64,000 nt of DNA from Neocallimastix sp. 'constans' (taxonomy: Eukaryota): the NCBI GenBank assembly GCA_050613775.1, contig JBODTK010000121.1, positions 124,001 through 188,000 on the forward strand, read 5' to 3'. Shown here one piece after another: positions 26,335 through 38,376 of the stretch (the first letter of the stretch is position 1; the number at the start of each line of letters is the position of its first letter). The translations under genes were made by a program, and so were the position numbers. Under the pieces are notes generated by a model. That model was given only the letters and a program-made list of their open reading frames with translations, was not told where the DNA came from and did no database searches.

Positions 26335-27369
26335 ATATAGGTGAAAATTTGAAATTAAAAATAAAAAAATAAAAAAATAAAAAAAAATAAAAGTATAAAA
26401 AAATAAAAAAAATAAAAAAAAAATTAAAAAAAGCTCAAAAAATATATATATATATATTATGTATTTCGGCAAGGTGTTCCTTATGTGGGAATTTTTCCCT
26501 TCCTAACAAATAAAAAAGAAATAAAAACCGAGAAGTAACATCTTTAAAATAGATAGTGGATGGTGTACCACTAAACTCTCCCCGGATTCATCATGTATTG
26601 AACTACTAGGGCAAGATTCATTCTTCGTAGAAATAGATGATGATCCTGTATTATCATTTATGCCTTATCAGTACGACGTCGACGCTCTTGGTTTTAAGTT
26701 TGGTATTTTGCAATACCTATCAGATAAATAGTTCAAACGAACTACTTATGATAGGTATTCCCCTTCAAGCCCACAATTTTTTTTTTTTTGGAACAGGTGA
26801 ACTCAGATGAACCTTTGAAAAGTAGTTCATTTTAATTGTCTCTGTCTGTTCCCTTCCCCACTATCGAAATGTAGCTCATTTTTAAAGCTAAAGTTTCACC
26901 AAGAAGGAACAAAAGTATACTGTATAAATGATTGATATTAATCTTCAAAATCAGAAATAGAGTCATAGGAAGAAAGAGAAATTAAACGCTCTAATCTTTC
27001 TAAGGAATAAAACATAGAGATCATCGATGAAATTTAAAGAATTCCATCTAAAAGATGAAAAAGCATCGCATTTAAAAATCCACTTTTCAAAAAAGATTGA
27101 TTATCTTCGCCACAACAGGGGCAAGACTTGGGACAATCTTCTGAAACTCTACCCATTCTAATAGCAATAGTAGTATTGTATTTATATACCACAGCGTAAA
27201 CGTATAATCCACGAAAACCCTAAGTTGAATTGGGGGATATTTTAAGCTAAGCATAATTATAGCTTTATTGTTTGAGAACTTATTACAATCGTAATTTTGA
27301 CCTTTAATACCTTGAAATTTGGAAACTGATTTCCAGTAACGTTCTAAAATATCGTCATATTTTTCACAT

Positions 27370-29745
27370 TTATATTTTTTTGATTTTTTTATACAGTGTT
27401 CTAGATTCTTTAGTCCAGGAATAATAAGGCATTTTGGGAATAGATTTAATAAGATCCTTTATAATACAGTTTGATTTACTCCATTTTGCAAATGATTTAA
27501 TCTGTAAGGCTGCACAAACACCAGCAATAGGAGGAATGCTTAGATCTCGAGATAAAGCATAAGTACTCATAGTAGAATTATGTCTAATATAGTCATTGTC
27601 TTCTGAACTTGTTTTACCATTTTTAGAGAAGGAGCCGATACACCAAAATAGACCAGTATTAATTAATGTTTGAATTCTGGCCGTTCTGGATTTGTTTGAA
27701 CCAAGTAAAGGAGAATAATAAATTACTTTACTAATAACAAAGGATTGAAGAACTTTTTTCTTGTATGCAATAGGGATAAGTTTATTTGAGAAGAAATGTG
27801 TAAATGAAAGAAGGGATTTTCTAACTTTAAAATGCATGTGAGATATAATGTGTTCTAGTAAGAGATCATCAGAAAAAGGAATACCAAGATAAATATAACT
27901 AGAAACTTTAGGAATAGCATTCATTCCTAAATAGAAGGTTGGGTCACTATAGTTTGGAGGAGATTGGAAGTTCATTGGTTTTATAACCATAGTTGCACAT
28001 TTTTCAATACCAAAAGTCATTTCATTTAAATTAGCCCATCTATGTACCTTTTTTAGTAATTTTTCTAAATTTTTTGTACTTGGAGCAATGAGAACAACAT
28101 CATCATCAGCAAAGAGTCCACCACAACACTTTTTTCTTCCAATATTAACACCATACTTTTCACAGTCATTTAATATATCATTGATGAATAAATTGAATAA
28201 GATCGGAGATAATGGACAACCTTGACGAACACCTCTTTTAATAGGAAATTCATTTGATAACATTGAAGCAAATCGAGCACGAGCTTTAGATGAAGTATAT
28301 AAATTACAAAGAAAATCAAAACATTTACCACGTACTCCATAATGATATAATTTAGTAAGAATGTTAAAAAATAGGAACTGAATCATAAGCTTTTTTAAGA
28401 TCTAAAAAAGGCTAAATATGTGAATTTTTCCTTGAAATTTTCTTCTTTGGCAAATTTCTCTAACGGAAATGAATAAACTAATGCATTCTTCACGGTTGCG
28501 AAAGCCAAATTGTTCAGGTCTAATGAAATTGTGTGAGAGTGCGTAAGAAGATATTCTATCTGTTACAATTTTTGAAATGATTTTCAGTCCAACATTAATG
28601 AGAGAAATACCTCGATAATTACTACAATCTGATAGGTCACCTTTCTTAGGGATTGATACAATAGAAGCTGAGTTCCATTTTTTAGGAAAAGATCCATTCC
28701 ATATTTTATTAAAAATCAATTTAAGACACTTTCCAGCAGCAGGATGTGTTTCTAGTAATTCTTCATTGCAAAACAGAGCTTTGTAGAATTCAATCGGGAT
28801 ACCATCGGGGCCGGGTGCTTTGTTGTTTTTCATAGATGAAATAGTTTTTTTAATATCGTCAATCGTAATGGGATCGTTGATATTCCAGGTAGAGGATCTA
28901 AGACTAATATTCCTTAAAGCATAGATCCAGAAGTTACGATTAAGGTTGTGACCTGAGGGATCAGAAGCTAGATCTTTATAATATTCAGCCCATCTATCTA
29001 ATTGTTTAGTAGGAGAGATAATATCTTGACCAAATTTAGATTTTATGCATGTAGGGGAGGTAGATGAATACGATGGTTTAGCCATTTTTTTTAAACATCT
29101 CCAACCATTTTTGAAATCTTTATTCAAAAAATAATTACCAATTTTTACTATATTGGCTTTAAATCTAGCAGAACGAAATTTGCTCTTTGTTTTCTTGATT
29201 AATTTGCAAAGTTTTTCATATTTATTAAATTGTTCAAGGTAATTATCAACATTTTCACAGTTAAAGTAAAGCTTAATATTTCGAAATGCAATATGTTTTT
29301 CATGAGACAGTCTTTTAATGTAATAAGGACAATGAAAAGCAGAGCCCTTTAAATTTGTTGGAATGAAAGCCTTAATATCCTTCCCGATATTATTTGCTGT
29401 ATTGATAAATTTTTCTACCATTTCATCAGCCGTAAGCGAATTGTAATGAGAATCGAGGTCATTTGCTAAGATTGAAAAATAATTATGATATAAAATATCT
29501 GAATTTTTTGTTTTTACAAATATGGGTAGACCATTTAGAAACTTTAACAGGCCTAATAAAGCCATCGGAGAGAACTTTGTTGCAAGAAAGTAAAATAGGT
29601 TTATGATCAGAAATACCATAAAATGAAGTACAAACCGAGGTTTTATTAAAATGAGCTGCCAAAGCCTCATTATAGATGACATGGTCAATGCAAGATGATC
29701 TAGTACCTTTGGCATAAGTAAATTGATTACCATATAAGGGAGCAA
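27370..29745 (-). pseudogene. Reverse transcriptase region of the LINE, split by frameshifts into 447 aa and 338 aa ORFs
   Basis: RT motifs are continuous across the break at ~28390-28420, where FLDLKKAYDSV lies in another frame. Confidence 0.9.
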
Positions 29746-30581
29746 TATACCAATTAGGAAAATTATTTAAAAATGTATGTTTTGATCTTCTTTAATGACA
29801 TGTTAAAATCACCAACTAAGACAGCAGGAACGTTTCTTCTATTATGAAAACGTAACCATTGAGAAAGTTCATCAAAAGCAGCTAGTCTTGCTTCCTTCCA
29901 TTTTGCTTTGAGGGAAGTAGATATTACCAATAGTACATTTTTGATTCCAGAAAGAAGTAATATTTACTGAAATGTTATATTTTGTATAAAAATGGTTCTT
30001 GGAGGAAAGAGCACGAAGAATGAACACCAATAAAGAGTCCTCTCATACCAGGGATTTTAGGATTAGCTCTAAGGAAAACTGAGTTGTAATATGGAATTAA
30101 TGGTGATGAAACATCTTTTGGAAGATATTTACTTTTTCCAGTTTCTTGTAAACAGATACATATAGGTTTGAAAGTAGAGTTGAGATATAAAATACTATCA
30201 CGTTTTTCAGTTTTATTCCAACCGTTAATATTCCAACTAACACAGAGATTAAAGAAAGAAGAATTTGAATTTAGATGGCTAGAGAAAAAATCTTTCGCCA
30301 TAGGATTACGTTCAACATCAATGTTATTAGATTTTCTTGACTTGTTCATTTGTTTAAGTTTATTACACAAGGTCCAAGTAATTTTAGCTGTTTCAGGAAT
30401 TTTATCTCTTAAGAAATCTAAAACATCGAAAAATTTGAGATCATTTTTGTGTTTATTAACCCTAATAATGAAGGATGAGCCGTACCTTGGAGAATAAAGT
30501 TTTTTAACATATGGAATAATTTCATTGTAGTTAGGGATCTTACTAATAACTTGAGCCATTAGATTACTAGGGGACCAAGAA

Positions 30582-31035
30582 TTAATAATAATAATTAATA
30601 ATTTAATAGCCTAATATCAATAATTAATAATAATAATTTAATAATTTAATAGTTAAATAGTAATAATTAAAAAGGTAATACAAACACAATTTTTTTTTAT
30701 TAGCTATCAACTATTAATAATGATTATTCTATTGCATCTTGTGTTTAAATTTTATTTTAATAGAATTGCATTTAAAGATGCTGATCACTTCATGAATCAT
30801 TCATTATGTATTGAACCACATTTGAGACAACTTCTTAATAAAAAAATTAAATAAAATAAAATAAAATAAAATAAAATAAAATAAAATAAAACAAAATAAA
30901 ATAAAATAAAATAAAATAAAATAAAATAAAATAAAATAAAATAAAATAAAATAAAATAAAATAAATAGTAGAATATTAAATATAAAGTATAGATTGAATA
31001 AAATAAAATAAAATAAAATAAAATAAAATAAAATA
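30582..31035 (+). mobile_element. Dispersed non-coding repeat with (AAAAT)n tail, inserted into the LINE ORF
   Basis: Near-identical reverse complement of ~47730-48130. Removing it rejoins MDASSS...IHNL to (N)SWSPSNLMAQVISK in frame. Confidence 0.8.
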
Positions 31036-31465
31036 AGGTTATGGATAAAGATAAGGCTATAATTGTTTATATGATTACCGAAGCAGTAGAAACCACGATG
31101 GAAGGGAGTAGTATTAACTGAGCTGGAAGCATCCATGTTTAGAGTTTGATGATAACAGAACTGACTTAATTTCTATTTATTGTGAATTGATTATAAGGAT
31201 TGTATACCTAAGAATTATATATAAAATATTAACATATAAGTTTACTGAATATAAAAGTTAATTGTTTCACATGAATTGAATTTCCTAAGATATATTAAAA
31301 AACAATATTAGTGGAAAATTTATTTATTCAATAAAATATAATGTAAAATAATATATTTATTTAAAGTAAAAAATAAAAAATATTTTAAAAGGATATGAAA
31401 ATTAAAAACCAAAAGTAAAAATTTATATAGAGATATAAAGTAAAATATATAAAGATAAGAAAAAA

Positions 31466-31521
<56 letters not shown>

Positions 31522-31888
31522 AGAAAAATTTTAGAAATATAAGAGAAAAAAATAAAAACAATATTATTAGTAGTATAGTGTAAAAAATAGGTTCCATTTC
31601 CAATGAAGGATAAACCTATTTTTTTGTTTTTTTTTTTTGTTTTTTTTTTTGTTTTTTGTTTTTTGTTTTTGTTTTTTATTTTTGTTTTTTGTTTTTTTTG
31701 TTTTTTGTTTTTTGTTTTTTGTTTTTTTTTTATCTATAAATCAATAAATAAGAAACATGTGGTTCTGAACCGTCGTCTTCCATCCTATATTGACGGCTTT
31801 TTGGCAACACATGCATCGAATTGGATATCCACCCCTGGTACGGAGTATTCCCCCCCCATTGGTAAATCAATGCTATAATTCAGAATTA

Positions 31889-31923
<35 letters not shown>

Positions 31924-32524
31924 TTGAGCTTTTTTTTTAAGTTAGCTCTTCTTAGTTTTCTTAAATTCATTTTTTCGAAATATAAAAATCAATAAAATAA
32001 ATAAATAGACACATAATAAAATATATAAATATCATTTCTGATTTTAAAAATATTATATATAACAATATACATATATATTAATATATATATTAATAAATAT
32101 AAGTCTTATAAAAATACAAAAAAAAAAAAAAAAAAAAAAAAAAAAAGCAATAATAATAAAAAGAAAAAAGAAAAAACATCAATAATCTTTTTAAAAAGAA
32201 AAAGAAAAATTTAATATAAAAAGAAAGAAAAAAATTTTTTTTTACTTTTTTATTTTTTTATTTTTTTTTTATTTTTATTTTTTTTTTTTTTTTTTTTTTT
32301 TTGTTATGTTCTTAAAGTTTTATTTATTTTTTTTTTAAAATAAAAACTATTTTAAAACTTTTTTTTTTTTTTAATAAAATCTATTAATTTTTTTTTTTTT
32401 TTTTAATATCAAGGTTTAAAATTATGAAAAGAGTAATTTATATTTTACAATGTATTTTATATATATATATTTTATTTATTTATTTTTTTCTTAAATTAGT
32501 TTATTTACTAAGTTATATTTATTA

Positions 32525-32569
<45 letters not shown>

Positions 32570-32809
32570 TGTTTGTTTGTTTTATTACGTTTGATATATC
32601 AATAAAACATGATATATTAAAGAAAAAGATCAACCTTATTAATAGATATAGAATAAATTAATGAACTTTAAATTAATTCAAAAAATTTTATACTATAAAA
32701 ACTAAATAGTTGTTCTCCTATACCAATATTTTATGATATTAGTTTCGTGTTTTGATTTAAAATTATTTGTTATTGTTTGTTTTTTGCTTTTTATTTTAAT
32801 TTATTTCTT

Positions 32810-32888
<79 letters not shown>

Positions 32889-33202
32889 TTTTGTTTTTTG
32901 TTTTTGTTTTTTATTTGTTTTTTATTTATTACTTTTGTTTTTATTTTTGTACTGTTTTTATTGCTTTTAATTTTTTTTTATTTTTTTTTGATTTTTTTTT
33001 TTTTTTTTTTTTTTTTGATTTTGTTTGATTTTTTTACTTGTTTTTAATTTATTTTTAACCTTATTTGCTTTTGTTTGTTTTTATTATATTTATATTTTTA
33101 ATTTTTGTTTAGTTTTAATTTTGTTTAGTTTTGTTTTATATTTAATTATTATTTTTATTTTGTTTTGATATTTTTATTTTGATATTTATTTTTGAGTTTT
33201 TT

Positions 33203-33251
<49 letters not shown>

Positions 33252-33482
33252 TTTAATAGATTTATTTTTTATTATAATTTTGATTGCTTTAATTTCATTT
33301 TTTTTATCATATATATATATATTTTTTATATATATTATTTAAAGTTATTGATTTTTTTTAAAAAAAAAAAAATAAAAAAATAAATAATATTTATAAAAGA
33401 AAATTAATAATAAAATTATCATTTTAATATATTAAAACTTATTTATGTGTTAATACAAATAAAATGAAATTTATTATATTTA

Positions 33483-33524
<42 letters not shown>

Positions 33525-33645
33525 TTTTCTATTATTTATTTTTTACTTTTTTTTTTAAATATTTTCCTTAGGTATATTTAATAAAAATAAATAATAAAAA
33601 TATCACCTATCCATAAATGGTTTATTTTTTTATTATTCTACCTTT

Positions 33646-33676
<31 letters not shown>

Positions 33677-34685
33677 TATATCATTAGTATATATTTAGTT
33701 TTCCTTATATAAAAGATATTTATATTTTAATATATAATAATTATTTAGTTTAAAAAAAAAAAAATTATATATTTACCTAATTTTTTTTTTCTTTTTTGGA
33801 AAATATTAATTAAATTAAATTATTATTATTATTTTTTTCTTATTTTATAAATTTTTTTTCTTTTTTTTTTTTTCATGTAGGTAGTTTTTTTTTTAAAAAA
33901 TAATTTTTTAAGTGGTTTATAATAATAAATTTTTAAAATTACTTTTCACGTTCAAAATAAAAAAAGAAAAAAAAATTAAATGGTTTTATACAATGAATAA
34001 GAAATTTAAAAAGGAAAATTTAAATACAATATAATCTTTTTTTTTTTTTTTTCTTATTTAATAAAATAAGAAAATAAAAAAAAATTTTTTTTTCTTTTTT
34101 TTTTAAACATTTCCTTTTCAATTTTTAATTTTTGTTAATATTTTTTTTTTCTTTCTTTAATTCTTATTATATATTAAAAAAAATAAATTGTAATAGAGTT
34201 GAAATTTATATATAATCTTATATTATTTGAAATATAAAAATTTTTTTAAAAAAAAATATGTTATATCCTTTAATAAAAAAAAATTAATAATAATTTATAT
34301 ATAACAGTATCACAAACTTTAAGAAATAAAAGTATATTTCATTTCATTGTTGAATTTAATTTGATCTGAAATTTTTTTTCTGTCCTCTTTTCTTTTTTTT
34401 TTTTTTTTTCTTGTTAACATAGATTTTAAAAAAAAAAAAAAAAAAAAGTTTTATTCTCCAATTCAAAGAATTGAAAAAAAAAAAAAGTAATAAAAGATAG
34501 TTTCATTTTAATTTATTTTACTTACTTTTTTTTTTTTTTTGTATGTTTGTTTTTTTGTTTAATAAATAAATATTGAAATAAAAAAAATTTTTTTTTTATT
34601 ATTTCTTTAAAGAGAAACACGATATTTCTCTCTTTTTTTTTTTCACTATAAATATTACAATAATTTATGAAGATACTTCGTTGTT

Positions 34686-36254
34686 TTAAATAGCAACTTT
34701 GACATCCTTTGTATCTGGATTGTAATTAATTATATTTCTTTTACAAAGATTTTGACGAACATGTCTAGTACAAGCATCGGATCTAGCAAAACCTTTAAAG
34801 CAATTAGAACAAATATAAGGAGTATCTCCGGTATGAATACGTACATGTCTAGCTAAATCATGTTTACGACAAAAAGCTCTAGTACAATATTCACATTTAA
34901 ATGGCTTTTCGGTCATATGAGTTCTTAAATGAGATTTCATTTGATAATACTTTAAGAATTCCTTTTGACATACATCACATTTATAGACAGAAGCCGAATT
35001 TTTCATAATTCTATTTCCATCTACTTTTCTTTTAGAAATTGATGAATTCTTAGTCTTAACCGGAATAAACTTTAAGACTGCTGGTTTATTATTCTTATAA
35101 TTTTCTAAATGTGAATTAATAGGTTTATAATTTGCTAAATTAATAGTAATAATATTCTTTTCAACAGATTCTTCCATTAATGGAGAAGAAAGAGGAGTAA
35201 TTACTTTGGGTTCTTCCTTAATTTTTGTTTCATTAATCATTGTATTTGATGAAAAACTTTCCTTCTTAATAGAAGCACCATATTCCTGTTTAATGGAAAC
35301 AGGAGTAATTGGAGAAACTAATCCTTGATTAGATGGAATCATTATAGTTTGTTGATTTGCAGCTTGAATTGGAGAAACATTATTAACAACCTTGGAATTT
35401 GAATTCGAACTTGAACCTAAATTTGAATTTTTAATTGTTTGTAATTGAACTACAACTTGTTGAATGGTATTTGGTGAATTAGTTTGACATTGAATTTGTG
35501 ATGGTAATTGTAATGGAGTTTGAGATGGAGTAGCTAATGGAACAGTTGAAATTGGAGTAGAATTTGAATTTGAATTCAATGCCACTGAAGACACTGCAAC
35601 AGTAGGAACTTGAGATTGAACAATAACTTGTTGAATTGGTTCCATAGATTGTTGTTGTTGTTGCTGTTGCTGAATTACAAATCCATTCATGTTAAGATTA
35701 TTATTACTAACTAAAGGAGTAACAGTAGTTGTCGTTGTAGCATTTGCATTAGGTTGATATACTAATTGTTGAGTAGCAGGTTGAACAATAATTTGTTGAA
35801 CAGAAGTATTTGAATGAACAATGACTTGTGGTAAAGAAGCATTAGCATTATTATTCTGACCATAATTTATATCAGCAACACCAGCTGGACTAATTCTACC
35901 AGCTTGAGCATTTGTTTGAGGTTGTTGTAAAGAAACTTGAACTTGATAATTTGTTGGATATTGGAAAGATAATTTAACATCCTTTGAATTATTAGAATCT
36001 TGTGGAATCATAACTTGATTGAAAATTGGACTACTTTGACTATTAGTTGATGAAACTAATTTTGAAATTTGATTTGTTTCAACTTTAACTTTTTGAAGTG
36101 GAACTGGAGAATTAAGCTATACGAAATAAAATATAAAATAATATAAAATTAATAACATTAATAACATTAATGATTAAAAAAAAAAAAAAAAAAAAAAAAA
36201 AATAGAAATAATAATAATTAATAAAGTAAAAAATAATAAAATAATATTAACCAT

Positions 36255-36307
<53 letters not shown>

Positions 36308-38376
36308 AATACTAATTGCATTAATAACATCAATAATAAAAAAAATAATTATTGCATTAATAACATCAAAAAATAAAAAAAATAATAATTATATAATTGC
36401 ATTAATAACATCAATAATAAAAAATAATAATAATAATTGCATTAATAACATCAAAAATAAAAAAATAATAATAATTACAATAATAACATTAATAATAAAA
36501 TAATAAAACTATAAAAAAAATAGTATAGAAAAAAATATTAATATATTATATATAATATATTTAATATATATAAGATAATATATATTTTTCCAGAAAAAAA
36601 ATTTTTTTTCATTCTATAATTAATTTCATTATTCCTGATTTCTTTTCTCCCTTTCTTTTTTTTTTTTTATTCCCTAAACTAATATCTTTTTTTTTCCATT
36701 ATTCATCATTATCATTATTGTTATATCATAATTTATTTTATATAAAAAATTTAATATTTACTTGTCTTAATTCTTGCTTTCTTCTTGCATAAAAACAACT
36801 ATTTTCATGTGGATTTTGTAATTTCCATTGGCCATTAACATTTATATAATATAAATTTTGTGGTTGAAAAGATTGTGGACTAATAGTGGTAGTAGCCGTT
36901 TGTTGTTGTTGTTGTTGTAAATTCATATTTATATTCCTTTGATTATTAATATTGGAAAAAAAATTGGTTTGAGTATGATTCATTTGTGGATTAGTATTAT
37001 AATAGTAAGTAGTATTTTTTGAAGTATTATTTTCATAATTACTTTGATTGCAAGCATCATCATCTACAATACTATTATTAGAGAGAATACTACCATTGTA
37101 GGTTAAAGAAGAAACAGGTGTAGAACCTTCATTTCTTGAACCTGGAGTTAATGTAACATTAGAATCAATATAGCTATAAGGTGAATTACTAACCATAGTT
37201 CTAAATTTTGGTGAAACTGGTGAAGGTGGAAAAGCTATTTATTAAATATATATATTTATAATATATATTAGTTGAAAATACAAATTATAAATTATTGTTC
37301 GTTGTTAATTAAATATTTTATTTTATTTTATTTTATTTTATTTCTTTTTCTTAAAATTTATTAAAATATTATTATCCTATATAATTTTAATTAATTAAAT
37401 AAAAAAAATTTTTTTTTGAATATATAAAATTTTTAAATTTACCATTATTAACGTTTGTACGTTGTGGATTACAGTATTCTCTTGTTAAGGTTTGTTGAAT
37501 AAAAGTAGATGATGGCGGAGTAGTTGTTACCGTAACACCATTACTTAATTCAGGAACTTGAAAATCTTTAGTTTCTGGAGTTGTACAGTTATTTTCTAAT
37601 ATTTATAAATAAAGAATAAAAATTATTAATTTTTTTTTTTTTTTTTTAATTTTTATAATTATTATAAATGTAATATATAATAATTTTATAATTTATATAA
37701 TAATTATTATATAATATTTTTTATAATAATTATTACAAATATATATATTTTTTTATATAAATAATAATTATTATAAATTATTTTTTAAATTTATATATAT
37801 ATATATATTATTTATGTTATAAATTAATTTTATTTTATTTTTTTTTTTTTTGATAAAATATATACTTCAATATGAAATATATTTCCATTTATTATTATCC
37901 TTTCCTTTTTCCTCTTACAATACTAAATTCCAACATTTCCATTAAACCCATTTCTTTTTTTTTTCTTTTTTACTTTTATTCCTTTAATTTTTAATTTAAA
38001 TTTTTTTTAATCTTTTTGCTTTTTTTTTTTATTATTATTATGATTTACCTCTATAGGCAACATTATAGATACCATAGGTAATCTTTTTGTCTGGTAATGG
38101 TAAAACATTAGTACCATCAGAACCATTAACTAAAGCACTAAAATATTGTTTTAATGGTTCTCCTCCTACTTTCTTTTCACTCATAATAGTTTCAGCACCT
38201 GGATAAAAGAGAGCACTTTTAGAAACAAAGCCGTTTGGATCGTTCATTAATATATCGTTACCAGAATTCATTATATTTGGAATACTTTGATTTAAATCTA
38301 ATGAAATATCAAAACTATCAGATGAGATACTAAATGGATTTGAAAAAGATGAAATTTGTGGACTTAAACTGCTCAT
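34686..38376 (-). CDS. C2H2 zinc-finger transcription factor (three C-terminal fingers, Q/N/S-rich; possibly Crz1-like); exons 38376-38049, 37595-37443, 37234-36762, 36116-34686; 794 aa
   Basis: GT..AG introns of phases 1, 1 and 0 join into one open frame. Fingers: CDVC..H.RTH, CEYC.RAFCRKHDLARHVRIH, CSNC.KGFARSDACTRH....C. Linkers TEKPF and TGDTPY. Confidence 0.85.
36310..36495. repeat. Intronic minisatellite, about 4-5 copies of AATTGCATTAATAACATCAA plus an A-rich spacer
   Basis: Direct repeats visible in intron 3 of the zinc-finger gene. Confidence 0.7.

Larger units (their letters stand above)
26461..31170 (-). mobile_element. Non-LTR retrotransposon (LINE) with APE endonuclease, reverse transcriptase and C-terminal Cys motif; frameshifted
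   Basis: APE motifs CVSWNING and ICLQET (29975-30559 ORF). RT motifs KAPGPDGIP, NYRGISL, QFGFR, GVRQGCPLSPILFNLFINDI, LFADD, YIYLGI. CPCC motif at ~27110-27135. The 3' end runs into (TA)n. Confidence 0.92.

Noticed and set aside
32733..33383. Phe-rich ORFs, also 137-460, 6131-6346, 26272-26472, 31385-31603, 41066-41296, 44031-44679, 49946-50358, 54424-54657 and 62924-63106
   Set aside because: Low-complexity poly(T)/AT-repeat translations with no domain signal.
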